This document shows positions 12,027 to 24,342 of a stretch of DNA of 64,000 bases, one piece after another. The stretch's first letter is position 1. Every line of letters begins with the position of its first letter. The DNA comes from Escherichia coli (lineage in GTDB: Bacteria > Pseudomonadota > Gammaproteobacteria > Enterobacterales > Enterobacteriaceae). The notes below the pieces were generated by a model. It saw only the letters and a list, made by a program, of their open reading frames with translations. It did not search any database and was not told the origin of the DNA. The stretch is from the NCBI RefSeq assembly GCF_036507355.1, contig NZ_AP027877.1, one strand, 5' to 3'. The position numbers were made by a program, and so were the translations under genes.

Positions 12027-13760
12027 ATGCATTCCACAGAAGTCCAGGCTAAACCTCTTTTTAGCTGGAAAGCCCTGGGTTGGGCACTGCTCTACTTTTG
12101 GTTTTTCTCTACTCTGCTACAGGCCATTATTTACATCAGTGGTTATAGTGGCACCAACGGCATTCGCGACTCGCTGTTATTCAGCTCGCTGTGGTTAATT
12201 CCGGTATTCCTCTTTCCGAAGCGGATCAAAATTATTGCCGCAGTGATCGGCGTGGTGCTATGGGCGGCCTCTCTGGCGGCGCTGTGCTACTACGTCATCT
12301 ACGGTCAGGAGTTCTCGCAGAGCGTTCTGTTTGTGATGTTCGAAACCAACACCAACGAAGCCAGCGAGTATTTAAGCCAGTATTTCAGCCTGAAAATTGT
12401 GCTTATCGCGCTGGCCTATACGGCGGTGGCAGTTCTGCTGTGGACACGCCTGCGTCCGGTCTATATTCCAAAGCCGTGGCGTTATGTTGTCTCTTTTGCC
12501 CTGCTTTATGGCTTGATTCTGCATCCGATCGCCATGAATACGTTTATCAAAAACAAGCCGTTTGAGAAAACGTTGGATAACCTGGCCTCGCGTATGGAGC
12601 CTGCCGCACCGTGGCAATTCCTGACCGGCTATTATCAGTATCGTCAGCAACTAAACTCGCTAACAAAGCTACTGAATGAAAATAATGCCTTGCCGCCGCT
12701 GGCTAATTTCAAAGATGAATCGGGTAACGAACCGCGCACCTTAGTGCTGGTGATTGGCGAGTCAACCCAGCGTGGACGCATGAGTCTGTACGGTTATCCG
12801 CGTGAAACCACGCCGGAGCTGGATGCGCTGCATAAAACCGATCCGAATCTAACCGTGTTTAATAACGTAGTTACGTCTCGTCCGTACACCATTGAAATCC
12901 TGCAACAGGCGCTGACCTTTGCCAATGAAAAGAACCCGGATCTGTATCTGACGCAGCCGTCGCTGATGAACATGATGAAACAGGCGGGTTATAAAACCTT
13001 CTGGATCACCAACCAGCAGACGATGACCGCCCGCAATACCATGCTGACGGTATTTTCGCGCCAGACCGACAAGCAGTACTACATGAACCAGCAACGTACA
13101 CAGAGTGCGCGTGAATACGACACCAACGTGCTGAAGCCGTTCCAGGAAGTGCTGAATGACCCTGCGCCGAAGAAACTGATCATCGTTCATCTGCTGGGTA
13201 CGCATATCAAATACAAATACCGCTACCCGGAAAATCAGGGCAAGTTTGATGGCAATACCGATCATGTTCCACCGGGATTAAGCGCAGAAGAGCTGGAGTC
13301 ATATAACGATTACGACAACGCTAACCTGTATAACGATCATGTGGTTGCCAGCCTGATTAAAGACTTTAAAGCGGCAGACCCGAACGGATTCCTGGTTTAC
13401 TTCTCTGACCACGGTGAAGAGGTTTACGACACACCGCCGCACAAAACTCAGGGGCGTAACGAAGACAACCCGACGCGTCATATGTATACCATTCCGTTCC
13501 TGCTGTGGACGTCGGAAAAATGGCAAGCGACTCATCCGCGTGATTTCTCACAGGATGTTGATCGTAAATACAGCCTGGCGGAACTGATCCACACCTGGTC
13601 AGATTTGGCGGGCTTATCTTACGACGGTTACGATCCAACCCGTTCAGTGGTGAATCCGCAGTTCAAAGAAACTACCCGCTGGATTGGTAACCCGTACAAG
13701 AAAAACGCGCTGATCGATTACGACACGCTGCCATATGGCGACCAGGTAGGTAATCAGTAA
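12027..13760 (+). CDS. eptC: phosphoethanolamine transferase (sulfatase-domain inner membrane protein)
   Basis: 577-aa ORF with N-terminal TM helices, synteny downstream of ppc. Confidence 0.85.
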   Translation: MHSTEVQAKPLFSWKALGWALLYFWFFSTLLQAIIYISGYSGTNGIRDSLLFSSLWLIPVFLFPKRIKIIAAVIGVVLWAASLAALCYYVIYGQEFSQSVLFVMFETNTNEASEYLSQYFSLKIVLIALAYTAVAVLLWTRLRPVYIPKPWRYVVSFALLYGLILHPIAMNTFIKNKPFEKTLDNLASRMEPAAPWQFLTGYYQYRQQLNSLTKLLNENNALPPLANFKDESGNEPRTLVLVIGESTQRGRMSLYGYPRETTPELDALHKTDPNLTVFNNVVTSRPYTIEILQQALTFANEKNPDLYLTQPSLMNMMKQAGYKTFWITNQQTMTARNTMLTVFSRQTDKQYYMNQQRTQSAREYDTNVLKPFQEVLNDPAPKKLIIVHLLGTHIKYKYRYPENQGKFDGNTDHVPPGLSAEELESYNDYDNANLYNDHVVASLIKDFKAADPNGFLVYFSDHGEEVYDTPPHKTQGRNEDNPTRHMYTIPFLLWTSEKWQATHPRDFSQDVDRKYSLAELIHTWSDLAGLSYDGYDPTRSVVNPQFKETTRWIGNPYKKNALIDYDTLPYGDQVGNQ

Positions 13761-13833
13761 ATGACCTTTGTATCGCGTCTGGCGCTATTTGCCGGATGCG
13801 ATACTGTCGCAATGTTTACATCGAACTCCCCTC

Positions 13834-13862
13834 AGGCCACACTTTTCAGGTGGCCTTTTTTA
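13834..13862 (+). terminator. rho-independent terminator after eptC
   Basis: Hairpin AGGCCAC...GTGGCCT followed by T-run. Confidence 0.7.
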
Positions 13863-13908
13863 ATAATGCCAGTTACTGTTTTCCCGTCTACATACCTAAG
13901 GGAATAAC

Positions 13909-14760
13909 ATGTATCACGACGTCAGCTATCTGCTCTCCCGCCTGATCAACGGCCCGCTGTCCCTGCGCCAGATTTACTTTGCCAGCAGTAACGGCCCGGT
14001 GCCCGATCTTGCGTATCAGGTCGATTTTCCACGGCTGGAAATTGTGCTGGAAGGTGAGTTTGTTGATACCGGCGCTGGAGCAACGTTAATTCCCGGCGAT
14101 GTGCTGTACGTTCCTGCTGGTGGCTGGAATTTTCCACAATGGCAAGCCCCCGCCACTACCTTTAGCGTGCTGTTTGGCAAACAGCAACTCGGCTTCAGCG
14201 TCGTGCAATGGGATGGCAAACAATATCAAAATCTGGCGAAGCAACACGTCGCCCGGCGCGGCCCACGCATAGGTTCTTTTCTGCTACAAACGCTCAATGA
14301 AATGCAAATGCAGCCGCAGGAGCAGCAAACGGCAAGGCTTATCGTCGCCAGCCTGCTTAGCCACTGCCGCGATTTGCTCGGCAGCCAAATCCAGACCGCC
14401 TCACGCAGCCAGGCACTGTTCGAAGCTATTCGCGATTATATCGACGAACGCTATGCCTCCGCGCTTACCCGCGAATCTGTTGCACAGGCGTTTTATATTT
14501 CACCAAACTATCTCTCGCACCTGTTTCAAAAAACGGGGGCCATTGGTTTTAACGAATACCTGAATCACACGCGACTGGAGCACGCTAAGACGTTATTGAA
14601 AGGCTATGACCTGAAGGTAAAAGAAGTGGCGCACGCCTGCGGCTTTGTCGACAGCAACTACTTCTGCCGTCTGTTTCGTAAAAACACCGAACGCTCGCCG
14701 TCGGAATATCGTCGGCAGTACCACAGCCAACTGACAGAAAAACCGACTACTCCAGAATAA
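13909..14760 (+). CDS. yijO: AraC-family transcriptional regulator
   Basis: 283-aa ORF with C-terminal AraC-type HTH; synteny. Confidence 0.85.
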   Translation: MYHDVSYLLSRLINGPLSLRQIYFASSNGPVPDLAYQVDFPRLEIVLEGEFVDTGAGATLIPGDVLYVPAGGWNFPQWQAPATTFSVLFGKQQLGFSVVQWDGKQYQNLAKQHVARRGPRIGSFLLQTLNEMQMQPQEQQTARLIVASLLSHCRDLLGSQIQTASRSQALFEAIRDYIDERYASALTRESVAQAFYISPNYLSHLFQKTGAIGFNEYLNHTRLEHAKTLLKGYDLKVKEVAHACGFVDSNYFCRLFRKNTERSPSEYRRQYHSQLTEKPTTPE

Positions 14761-15088
14761 GATGGGTTTGCTGCGGCGCAGAAAGCACTTTGCGCACCGC
14801 GCTCATTACCCGCTGCGGCTCACGCAGGAATGCGTAGATGCTGCATTGCACATAGCGGCAATGTTCAAATCGCTCGGCACCGGCAAGCTCGATATCCGTA
14901 ATCAACAGAGCAACATCCGCCCGACGGATATCCTCGTCCGCTAAACGATTCTCCGTTCCCAGCGCGCCCTGAGTTTCAATGCTGACTCCCCACTTCTCTA
15001 ACAGGCACAACTTTTCCAGCCGTTCCGCCGCCATATAAGTATGCGCCACGCCGCTTACGCAGGCGGTTACTGCCACCAGGTATGCCAT
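14747..15088 (-). CDS. frwD: PTS fructose-like EIIB component
   Basis: 113-aa ORF, CPSGVAHTYMAAE motif, synteny. Confidence 0.85.
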   Translation of the reverse strand: MAYLVAVTACVSGVAHTYMAAERLEKLCLLEKWGVSIETQGALGTENRLADEDIRRADVALLITDIELAGAERFEHCRYVQCSIYAFLREPQRVMSAVRKVLSAPQQTHLILE

Positions 15089-15089
15089 T

Positions 15090-15968
15090 TTAACCTCCCA
15101 CGGTAACCTGAAATCCGGCCCGTTCTGCCATTTCGCGCATCGTTGTCACATCGGCTGACGACGGCGCAGGCACCTCTTTCATCGACCATGTTTTCCCCAG
15201 CAGGCGGTATTTCGGTTCGCCGTACTGATGAAACGGTAACAGATGGATCTGCCTGATTTTCAGCGGGATCAGTACATCCAGCGCCTGCTGCATATTCTCC
15301 CGGCTGAGCGTGAAACCAGGGATCAGCGGTAAACGCGGGATCACGTTGACACCCTCACTCACCAGCAAACGCAGATTCTCCATCACGCGTGGCAGGTTCA
15401 TCTTCACCACATCCCGCGCCTGAGTCGCATCCATGATTTTTAAATCGAACAACACTTCATCGCACAATTTCGCCAGTGGTAACAGCTTGCTGGCTGGTGC
15501 GTCTCCGGCAGTTTCAATGGCGCATGACACACCCCACAGCCGCAGTCGCTGTAAAAAACGGGTAGCAAACTCCGCCTGCATTAACACTTCGCCGCCAGAA
15601 AGCGTGACGCCGCCGCCGGACGTGCGAAAGAAAATGTCATCTTTCATCACTTCCCGTTCCAGCGCGTCAAGGCTGATATCGCGACCAATCCGTTCAAACG
15701 CCCCGGAGGGGCATTCATCCGCATCACGCAAACATTTCGCACAGTGCAGACATTTCGCCTCTCTGCGTACCGTCTGGATTTTGCCGGAGATCGACTCCGG
15801 ATTAGCACACCACGGGCAAAGATGCGGACAGCCTTTAAAAAAGACCACCGTACGAATGCCCTCGCCGTCATTCAGTGAATAACGCTGAATGTTAAAAATG
15901 CGCGCCACATCATTGCGGCGCGTTTCCACAACGTTACAGCTGATGCGCTGTCCGGCGGATGATGTCAT
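15090..15968 (-). CDS. pflC: glycyl-radical enzyme activating protein
   Basis: 292 aa from MTSSAGQRI; radical-SAM CxxxCxxC motif (CPHLCPWC). Confidence 0.85.
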   Translation of the reverse strand: MTSSAGQRISCNVVETRRNDVARIFNIQRYSLNDGEGIRTVVFFKGCPHLCPWCANPESISGKIQTVRREAKCLHCAKCLRDADECPSGAFERIGRDISLDALEREVMKDDIFFRTSGGGVTLSGGEVLMQAEFATRFLQRLRLWGVSCAIETAGDAPASKLLPLAKLCDEVLFDLKIMDATQARDVVKMNLPRVMENLRLLVSEGVNVIPRLPLIPGFTLSRENMQQALDVLIPLKIRQIHLLPFHQYGEPKYRLLGKTWSMKEVPAPSSADVTTMREMAERAGFQVTVGG

Positions 15969-18231
15969 CCTGGATCTCCTTCGACAGTTCGACAAAGAAG
16001 GCGCTGTATCCGGCAACGCGCACCACCAGCCCGGCATAATCTTGTGGGCGCTGTTGCGCTTCCCGCAACGTGTCGGCGTTCACCACGTTAAACTGAATAT
16101 GTTGTAACTTAAGCTGGGTAAACGCCCGTAAGAAGTCGGCCAGTTTGCGTAATCCCGCTTCACCTTCCAGGGTCGCCGGAGTGAATTTCACGTTCAGCAA
16201 CGTACCGTTAGACAGCAGCGTATTATCGAGCTTACTGACTGACTTCAGTACCGCTGTTGGCCCTTGTGCGTCCTGGCCCAGCATGGGTGACAAGCCGCCG
16301 TCTGCCAGTTGTTCCCCGGCAAAACGACCGTCTGGCGTCGCACCAACCACCGATCCCAACGGGACGTGAGCAGAAACGGTATACGATCCCGGCGTGAAGT
16401 AACCGCCGCGCGGGTTCTGGTATTTTTCCACTTCTTTGCAGTAGTGGCGCAACAGTTCGGCGCTAATGTTATCCACCTCGTCGATATCGTTACCGTATTT
16501 CTCAAAGCGGTTAATTAAGCGAGCGCGGACTTTTTCGCCTTCTGGCGTTGCAAAGTTGGCTTTTAATACCGACAGCAATTCGTCAAAACTTAAACGCTGT
16601 TGATCAAAAACCATCCCTTTCAACGCATGGAGAGAATCGCTCAGGTTGGCGATACCAATTCCCTGTACGCCGGAGAAGTTATAACGCGCGCCGCCATCGG
16701 TAATATCGCGGCCTTTTTCCAGACAATCGCTGATAAACGATGAGAGCAGCGGTACAGGTGCCCAGTCGCGATGGCCGATATCACAAATATTGCTGCCCTC
16801 AACCATCAGGGTGATGTAGTGGCTGATCTTGGCGCGGATCTGCTCCAGTAAACCTTCATAAGTCAGCGCAGCATTGCCTTCATTTTCATGCAGGCAGATT
16901 TCCATCACTTTCAGCAGATTAAACATCGCGATGTCATGCAAGCCGTAGGTTCTGCCGGGAATAGATAATTCCACACAGCCCACTACGGAATAGTCGCGCG
17001 CATCTTCCAGCGAAACGCCACGGTTGAGGAACGCTGGCACCACCACTTCATCGTTAAAGATTTGCGGAATACCGGTGCCGAGGCGAATGGTTTCGGCGGT
17101 TTTCATCAGGAACGGCGTGTCGATCAAGGCGTTAGTGCGCACGCCGAGGTTCGGTTGCGGTAATTGTACGCTTTGATAGGCATCGAGGCAGAGGAACGAA
17201 AGCACGTTCACCGCGCTACGTCCGTTCTCGGTTAACCCGCCGAGCAGTGCGGTATAGCCAGTCGGGAAACCTGCGAAATAACGCGCGCTGCTGGTGGAGC
17301 GCAACAGCACAATGTCGTTGCATTTCACCCATAAAGATTCGAGCAGTTCTTTCAGGAACGCCGGATCTTCGCCCTGGGTTAAAGATGCCTGATAGAACGG
17401 CAACATATACTGGTCGAAGCGCCCTAAAGACAGCGAACTGGCGTTGGATTCGTATTGCAGAATGATGTTCATGTACCAGAATAACTGGCACGCCTGCCAG
17501 AACGTCTGCGGTTTATGTTCGGCGTTATGGCGGGAGATCTCCGCAATAGTCAGCAGTTCTTCGCGACGCTGGGCATCAGTGCAGCCTGCCGCCATCGTTT
17601 CCGCCAGTTCGGCGTAACGCAAAATGTGTTTCTGCGAGGCTTCGAGCAGTAACAGCGCTGCCTGATAAAAGTGATTCTCCGGCTGTTGCTGACAATGTTG
17701 CTGCATCTGTGCCACCAGCTCCCCCAGCCCGTGATTCAGCAGGCGCGGGTAATCAATAATAATGTGCCCCTGGCCTTTATCCGTCTGGTTGATGCTGAAA
17801 ATCTGCGTGCTGGTCGCGGCTTTTACTTCATCCGTCATCTGCCCGTTGATGAAATCTTTCATCGAACGTTTTTCCCAGTACGGGAACAACTCTTCGCGGT
17901 AGATACGTTTATCTTCTTCGCTGATAGCGAAGCGGTCCTGCGGACGCGTCGGGAACTGATCCAACTCTTTCAGCAGCCAGTAAGGATCCATTTCCGGCGA
18001 CATAATCCCGGCGCGCGGTTTTACGGTGCGGTTACCGGCAATCAGTTCTTCATCACGAATCGAAATTTCAACATGTTCAAGGATATACGCTGTTGCTTTC
18101 GCCCGGCGCAATATCACCGGTTCGCCTTCGGTTTGCCGATGGCTGGCGGTATAAAGCCGCGCACGCTCCAGCGAGATTTCACGGGTATTGGCAAACAGTG
18201 CAGTTTTGAGGCGAGAGATACGATTCGTCAT
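15934..18231 (-). CDS. pflD: formate acetyltransferase 2 (glycyl radical enzyme)
   Basis: 765-aa ORF, glycyl radical motif RVAGYSA near C-terminus. Confidence 0.9.
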   Translation of the reverse strand: MTNRISRLKTALFANTREISLERARLYTASHRQTEGEPVILRRAKATAYILEHVEISIRDEELIAGNRTVKPRAGIMSPEMDPYWLLKELDQFPTRPQDRFAISEEDKRIYREELFPYWEKRSMKDFINGQMTDEVKAATSTQIFSINQTDKGQGHIIIDYPRLLNHGLGELVAQMQQHCQQQPENHFYQAALLLLEASQKHILRYAELAETMAAGCTDAQRREELLTIAEISRHNAEHKPQTFWQACQLFWYMNIILQYESNASSLSLGRFDQYMLPFYQASLTQGEDPAFLKELLESLWVKCNDIVLLRSTSSARYFAGFPTGYTALLGGLTENGRSAVNVLSFLCLDAYQSVQLPQPNLGVRTNALIDTPFLMKTAETIRLGTGIPQIFNDEVVVPAFLNRGVSLEDARDYSVVGCVELSIPGRTYGLHDIAMFNLLKVMEICLHENEGNAALTYEGLLEQIRAKISHYITLMVEGSNICDIGHRDWAPVPLLSSFISDCLEKGRDITDGGARYNFSGVQGIGIANLSDSLHALKGMVFDQQRLSFDELLSVLKANFATPEGEKVRARLINRFEKYGNDIDEVDNISAELLRHYCKEVEKYQNPRGGYFTPGSYTVSAHVPLGSVVGATPDGRFAGEQLADGGLSPMLGQDAQGPTAVLKSVSKLDNTLLSNGTLLNVKFTPATLEGEAGLRKLADFLRAFTQLKLQHIQFNVVNADTLREAQQRPQDYAGLVVRVAGYSAFFVELSKEIQDDIIRRTAHQL

Positions 18232-18281
18232 GAGGAACTCCTGTGGGAAAGCGAACCCGCCCTTGCGAGCGGGATAAGAAC

Positions 18282-18602
18282 TTAAGCGGTTTGCGCCAGG
18301 TGAGCTTCAATTTTGCTCATAATGGCATCAGCGCGTTTAACCGCGTCGCTGATGTTGACGCGCACGATGGTCTTGCCAGCAAAACGCTCTTCAAACTTGA
18401 TGCCGATATCTTTGGTCAGAATCACCATATCGGCGCTCGCCACGTCTTCCGCAGTCAGTTCATTTTCCAGACCAATCGAGCCCTGGGTTTCTACTTTCAC
18501 TTCCCAGCCTTTCGCTTTCGCGGCACTTTCCAGCGCCTCTGCCGCCATATAGGTATGGGCAACACCTGAAGGACATGCGGTTACTGCAATAATTTTCGTC
18601 AT
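18282..18602 (-). CDS. frwB: PTS fructose-like EIIB component
   Basis: 106-aa ORF, paralog of frwD. Confidence 0.85.
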   Translation of the reverse strand: MTKIIAVTACPSGVAHTYMAAEALESAAKAKGWEVKVETQGSIGLENELTAEDVASADMVILTKDIGIKFEERFAGKTIVRVNISDAVKRADAIMSKIEAHLAQTA

Positions 18603-18616
18603 GGCTCGTTCCTCAA

Positions 18617-19696
18617 TTAATTAATTTCAAAATCCAAATCCAGGTCGTCTTCTTTTTCATCAGTCGAAGACCCATTTTTACGCGCCAGACTTTTCAGCAC
18701 GTTCACACAAACAGCCGTCACCACTGCTCCGACAGCCACTGCTGCGATATAACCCAGCTTGCCTTCAACCACCGGCAGCACAATCAGACCACCCCAGCCT
18801 GCATAGCACTGCGCACCGACCAGCGCCGCAGTTACTGCACCACAAACTGAACCGACCATGATGGAAGGAATGACACGCAGCGGATCGGCAGCGGCGAAAG
18901 GAATCGCCCCTTCAGTAACCCCAACGCACCCCATCACCAGCGCCGCTTTACCAGTTTCGCGCTCTTCTGCGGAGAAATTTTTACGACCAATCAGCGTCGC
19001 CAGCCCCATCCCCAGCGGCGGGATACAAATACCCACGGCAGCAATGGCCACCACGGTATATACACCCTGAGCAACGCAAATCAGCATGAAGGCATAGGCC
19101 ACTTTGTTAACCGGACCGCCCATATCGAACGCCAGCATCAGACCCATGATCACCGCCAGCATAACAATGCTGCCCTGCTGCATCCCCTGAAGCCACTGAG
19201 TCAGGCTGTTGGTCAACGCCCCTACAGGCTCGCCCAGACCCCACATCATGATGCCTGCGGTAATCAGTGTGCCGATGATCGGAATGATGAAGATGGGCAT
19301 CACCGAGCGCAGAACTTTATGCACCGGAATTTTCTTCAGGTAATGCACCACGATGCCGCCGATAATCCCGGCGATCAGCGCACCAAAGAAGCCCGCACCA
19401 AAGCTGTTACCAACCCAGGCACCGATAGCGCACGGGGCCAGCGCAGAACGCTCTGCAATGGAGTAACCGATGTAAGCGGCGAGGAAAGGCACCATCAACG
19501 TCAAACCTGCAACGCCGATATCAAACAGTTTTTTCAAATTCGGATCGGCTACGGCATCCGGCACTGCGCCTTTGCCATACAACATGACGGAAACCGCCAG
19601 CAAAATACCGCCCGATACCACGAAGGGAATCATGTGTGAAACGCCCGTCATTAAGTGCTGACGGGTATTTTTCAGGATCTGCACCAACTCATTCAT
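18617..19696 (-). CDS. frwC: PTS fructose-like EIIC permease
   Basis: 359 aa from MNELVQILK; multi-TM. Confidence 0.85.
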   Translation of the reverse strand: MNELVQILKNTRQHLMTGVSHMIPFVVSGGILLAVSVMLYGKGAVPDAVADPNLKKLFDIGVAGLTLMVPFLAAYIGYSIAERSALAPCAIGAWVGNSFGAGFFGALIAGIIGGIVVHYLKKIPVHKVLRSVMPIFIIPIIGTLITAGIMMWGLGEPVGALTNSLTQWLQGMQQGSIVMLAVIMGLMLAFDMGGPVNKVAYAFMLICVAQGVYTVVAIAAVGICIPPLGMGLATLIGRKNFSAEERETGKAALVMGCVGVTEGAIPFAAADPLRVIPSIMVGSVCGAVTAALVGAQCYAGWGGLIVLPVVEGKLGYIAAVAVGAVVTAVCVNVLKSLARKNGSSTDEKEDDLDLDFEIN

Positions 19697-20004
19697 AAGC
19701 TGCTCCCGGGCTTGCAAAAGCCCATGTCCATATTTTTGATGGAGGAAACAATAGGCAATCGTAGGCGGAGCAAACAGTGGATAAAAAGGCCATTTACTGG
19801 ACTTTTGTAATATCAGTACAAAAATGCGATCCGCCTCATAACTTGCGAGAATCCGGAAGCACGCCACAAAACGGCGTCTTGTGAGACGCGTCGCAAATTG
19901 ACGGTTACATTACATTTGTCCAGCTTTTGGCAGATTTGTCACATGGCAGGCCGTTGCCGTGCGCTCTTATCCTGTAAACAGAAAACCGTACCGGGAGAGA
20001 GGCA

Positions 20005-22506
20005 ATGGCCCTGATTGTGGAATTTATTTGTGAGCTACCTAACGGCGTACATGCACGTCCGGCAAGCCACGTTGAAACGCTGTGTAATACTTTTTCATCA
20101 CAAATTGAGTGGCATAACCTGCGCACTGACCGCAAGGGCAACGCCAAAAGCGCCCTTGCGCTGATTGGCACCGACACGCTGGCGGGCGATAACTGCCAGT
20201 TACTGATTTCCGGGGCCGACGAACAGGAAGCGCACCAGCGTTTAAGCCAATGGCTGCGCGATGAATTCCCCCACTGCGATGCGCCGCTGGCGGAAGTTAA
20301 ATCTGACGAACTGGAACCACTGCCGGTTTCACTGACCAATCTGAATCCGCAAATTATCCGCGCCCGCACCGTGTGCAGCGGTAGCGCAGGCGGCATTCTG
20401 ACGCCGATCTCTTCTTTAGATCTCAATGCGCTGGGTAATCTTCCCGCAGCCAAAGACGTTGACGCCGAGCAATCCGCACTGGAAAACGGCCTGACGCTGG
20501 TACTGAAAAACATTGAGTTTCGTCTGCTGGATAGAGACGGTGCCACCAGCGCGATTCTGGAAGCGCACCAATCCTTGGCTGGCGATACTTCCCTGCACGA
20601 ACATTTACTGGCAGGCGTCAGCGCCGGATTAAGCTGCGCCGAAGCGATTGTCGCCAGTGCGAATCACTTTTGTGAAGAGTTTTCCCGTTCCAGCAGCAGC
20701 TACCTGCAAGAACGTGCCCTGGACGTACGCGACGTCTGTTTCCAGTTACTCCAGCAAATCTACGGTGAGCAACGCTTCCCGGCACCGGGCAAACTGACGC
20801 AGCCCGCCATTTGTATGGCTGATGAACTCACCCCCAGCCAGTTCCTCGAACTGGATAAAAATCACCTCAAAGGATTGTTACTGAAAAGCGGCGGCACCAC
20901 CTCACATACGGTGATCCTTGCCCGTTCGTTCAACATTCCGACACTGGTTGGTGTAGATATTGATGCCCTTACTCCGTGGCAGCATCAAACGATTTATATC
21001 GACGGCAACGCCGGGGCGATTGTGGTTGAGCCAGGGGAAGCCGTAGCTCGTTATTATCAGCAAGAAGCCCGCGTACAGGACGCCCTTCGTGAGCAACAGC
21101 GTGTCTGGCTGACCCAACAAGCCCGTACCGCTGACGGTATCCGCATTGAAATTGCCGCTAACATCGCTCACTCCGTGGAAGCGCAGGCCGCATTCGGCAA
21201 TGGTGCGGAAGGCGTTGGTTTGTTCCGCACTGAAATGCTCTATATGGATCGCACCAGTGCACCGAGCGAAAGCGAGCTGTACAACATTTTTTGTCAGGCG
21301 CTGGAGTCTGCCAACGGACGCAGCATTATTGTGCGCACTATGGACATTGGCGGCGACAAACCCGTTGATTATCTGAACATTCCGGCAGAAGCTAACCCGT
21401 TCCTCGGTTATCGCGCTGTGCGTATTTATGAAGAATACGCCTCGCTGTTCACCACACAACTACGGTCGATCCTGCGCGCCTCCGCTCACGGCAGCCTGAA
21501 AATCATGATCCCGATGATCTCTTCAATGGAAGAGATCTTATGGGTGAAAGAAAAACTGACGGAAGCCAAACAGCAACTGCGTAACGAACACATTCCGTTT
21601 GATGAGAAGATCCAGCTCGGCATTATGCTGGAAGTGCCATCGGTGATGTTCATCATCGATCAATGCTGCGAAGAGATTGATTTCTTTAGTATTGGTAGTA
21701 ATGACCTGACGCAATATCTGCTGGCGGTGGATCGCGATAACGCTAAGGTTACTCGTCACTACAACAGCCTGAATCCGGCATTCTTGCGGGCGCTCGATTA
21801 CGCCGTGCAAGCGGTGCATCGCCAGGGCAAATGGATTGGTCTGTGCGGTGAGCTGGGAGCGAAAGGTTCCGTGCTGCCGTTGCTGGTCGGCTTAGGGCTG
21901 GATGAACTCAGCATGAGCGCACCATCAATTCCGGCGGCGAAAGCGCGGATGGCGCAACTTGATAGCCGTGAGTGCCGCAAGTTGCTCAACCAGGCAATGG
22001 CCTGCCGTACTTCGCTGGAAGTGGAACACCTGCTGGCGCAATTCCGCATGACCCAACAAGACGCACCGCTGGTCACCGCCGAGTGCATCACACTGGAAAG
22101 CGACTGGCGCAGCAAAGAAGAAGTGCTCAAAGGCATGACCGATAACCTGCTGCTGGCAGGGCGCTGCCGCTATCCGCGTAAACTGGAAGCCGACTTGTGG
22201 GCGCGCGAGGCCGTTTTCTCTACCGGTCTGGGCTTTAGTTTTGCCATTCCCCACAGCAAATCAGAACACATTGAGCAATCCACCATCAGCGTAGCGCGTC
22301 TGCAAGCGCCGGTGCGCTGGGGCGATGATGAAGCGCAATTCATCATTATGTTAACCCTGAACAAACACGCTGCGGGCGATCAGCACATGCGCATTTTCTC
22401 GCGCCTCGCTCGCCGCATCATGCACGAAGAATTCCGTAACGCGCTGGTTAACGCCGCCTCTGCCGACGCTATCGCCAGCCTGCTGCAACATGAACTGGAA
22501 CTGTAA
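20005..22506 (+). CDS. ptsA: multiphosphoryl transfer protein (HPr-EI-EIIA fusion)
   Basis: 833-aa ORF, divergent from frwC. Confidence 0.85.
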   Translation: MALIVEFICELPNGVHARPASHVETLCNTFSSQIEWHNLRTDRKGNAKSALALIGTDTLAGDNCQLLISGADEQEAHQRLSQWLRDEFPHCDAPLAEVKSDELEPLPVSLTNLNPQIIRARTVCSGSAGGILTPISSLDLNALGNLPAAKDVDAEQSALENGLTLVLKNIEFRLLDRDGATSAILEAHQSLAGDTSLHEHLLAGVSAGLSCAEAIVASANHFCEEFSRSSSSYLQERALDVRDVCFQLLQQIYGEQRFPAPGKLTQPAICMADELTPSQFLELDKNHLKGLLLKSGGTTSHTVILARSFNIPTLVGVDIDALTPWQHQTIYIDGNAGAIVVEPGEAVARYYQQEARVQDALREQQRVWLTQQARTADGIRIEIAANIAHSVEAQAAFGNGAEGVGLFRTEMLYMDRTSAPSESELYNIFCQALESANGRSIIVRTMDIGGDKPVDYLNIPAEANPFLGYRAVRIYEEYASLFTTQLRSILRASAHGSLKIMIPMISSMEEILWVKEKLTEAKQQLRNEHIPFDEKIQLGIMLEVPSVMFIIDQCCEEIDFFSIGSNDLTQYLLAVDRDNAKVTRHYNSLNPAFLRALDYAVQAVHRQGKWIGLCGELGAKGSVLPLLVGLGLDELSMSAPSIPAAKARMAQLDSRECRKLLNQAMACRTSLEVEHLLAQFRMTQQDAPLVTAECITLESDWRSKEEVLKGMTDNLLLAGRCRYPRKLEADLWAREAVFSTGLGFSFAIPHSKSEHIEQSTISVARLQAPVRWGDDEAQFIIMLTLNKHAAGDQHMRIFSRLARRIMHEEFRNALVNAASADAIASLLQHELEL

Positions 22507-22517
22507 AAGGAAACATC

Positions 22518-23180
22518 ATGGAACTGTATCTGGACACCGCTAACGTCGCAGAAGTCGAACGTCTGGCACGCATATTCCCGATTGCCGGGGTGACAACTAA
22601 CCCGAGCATTATCGCTGCCAGCAAGGAGTCCATATGGGAAGTGCTGCCGCGTCTGCAAAAAGCGATTGGTGATGAGGGCATTCTGTTTGCTCAGACCATG
22701 AGCCGCGACGCGCAGGGGATGGTGGAAGAAGCGAAGCGTCTGCGCGACGCCATTCCGGGCATTGTGGTGAAAATCCCGGTGACTTCCGAAGGTCTGGCCG
22801 CCATTAAGATGCTGAAAAAAGAGGGTATTACTACGCTTGGCACCGCAGTGTACAGTGCTGCACAAGGGTTACTGGCCGCGCTGGCAGGGGCAAAATACGT
22901 TGCTCCGTATGTTAACCGCGTAGATGCCCAGGGCGGGGACGGCATTCGTACGGTTCAGGAGCTGCAAGCGCTGTTAGAAATGCACGCACCAGAAAGCATG
23001 GTGCTGGCGGCCAGCTTTAAAACGCCGCGTCAGGCGCTGGACTGTTTACTGGTAGGATGTGAATCCATCACCCTGCCCTTAGATGTAGCGCAACAAATGC
23101 TCAACACCCCTGCGGTAGAGTCAGCTATAGAGAAGTTCGAACACGACTGGAATGCCGCATTTGGCACTACTCATCTCTAA
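22518..23180 (+). CDS. fsaB: fructose-6-phosphate aldolase 2
   Basis: 220-aa transaldolase-like ORF ([13 protein letters not shown]). Confidence 0.9.
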
Positions 23181-23190
23181 AGGAGCAATT

Positions 23191-24294
23191 ATGGACCGCA
23201 TTATTCAATCACCGGGTAAATACATCCAGGGCGCTGATGTGATTAATCGTCTGGGCGAATACCTGAAGCCGCTGGCAGAACGCTGGTTAGTGGTGGGTGA
23301 CAAATTTGTTTTAGGTTTTGCTCAATCCACTGTCGAGAAAAGCTTTAAAGATGCTGGACTGGTAGTAGAAATTGCGCCGTTTGGCGGTGAATGTTCGCAA
23401 AATGAGATCGACCGTCTGCGTGGCATCGCGGAGACTGCGCAGTGTGGCGCAATTCTCGGTATCGGTGGCGGAAAAACCCTCGATACTGCCAAAGCACTGG
23501 CACATTTCATGGGTGTTCCGGTAGCGATCGCACCGACTATCGCCTCTACCGATGCACCGTGCAGCGCATTGTCTGTTATCTACACCGATGAGGGTGAGTT
23601 TGACCGCTATCTGCTGTTGCCAAATAACCCGAATATGGTCATTGTCGACACCAAAATCGTCGCTGGCGCACCTGCACGTCTGTTAGCGGCGGGTATCGGC
23701 GATGCGCTGGCAACCTGGTTTGAAGCGCGTGCCTGCTCTCGTAGCGGCGCGACCACCATGGCGGGCGGCAAGTGCACCCAGGCTGCGCTGGCACTGGCTG
23801 AACTGTGCTACAACACCCTGCTGGAAGAAGGCGAAAAAGCGATGCTTGCTGCCGAACAGCATGTAGTGACTCCGGCGCTGGAGCGCGTGATTGAAGCGAA
23901 CACCTATTTGAGCGGTGTTGGTTTTGAAAGTGGTGGTCTGGCTGCGGCGCACGCAGTGCATAACGGCCTGACCGCTATCCCGGACGCGCATCACTATTAT
24001 CACGGTGAAAAAGTGGCATTCGGTACGCTGACGCAGCTGGTTCTGGAAAATGCGCCGGTGGAGGAAATCGAAACCGTAGCTGCCCTTAGCCATGCGGTAG
24101 GTTTGCCAATAACTCTCGCTCAACTGGATATTAAAGAAGATGTCCCGGCGAAAATGCGAATTGTGGCAGAAGCGGCATGTGCAGAAGGTGAAACCATTCA
24201 CAACATGCCTGGCGGCGCGACGCCAGATCAGGTTTACGCCGCACTGCTGGTAGCTGACCAGTATGGACAACGTTTCCTGCAAGAGTGGGAATAA
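23191..24294 (+). CDS. gldA: glycerol dehydrogenase
   Basis: 367 aa from [11 protein letters not shown]; iron-containing alcohol dehydrogenase fold. Confidence 0.9.
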
Positions 24295-24342
24295 CCTACT
24301 CCAAACTCCCGGCTTGTCCGGGAGTTTGAACGCAAAATTGCC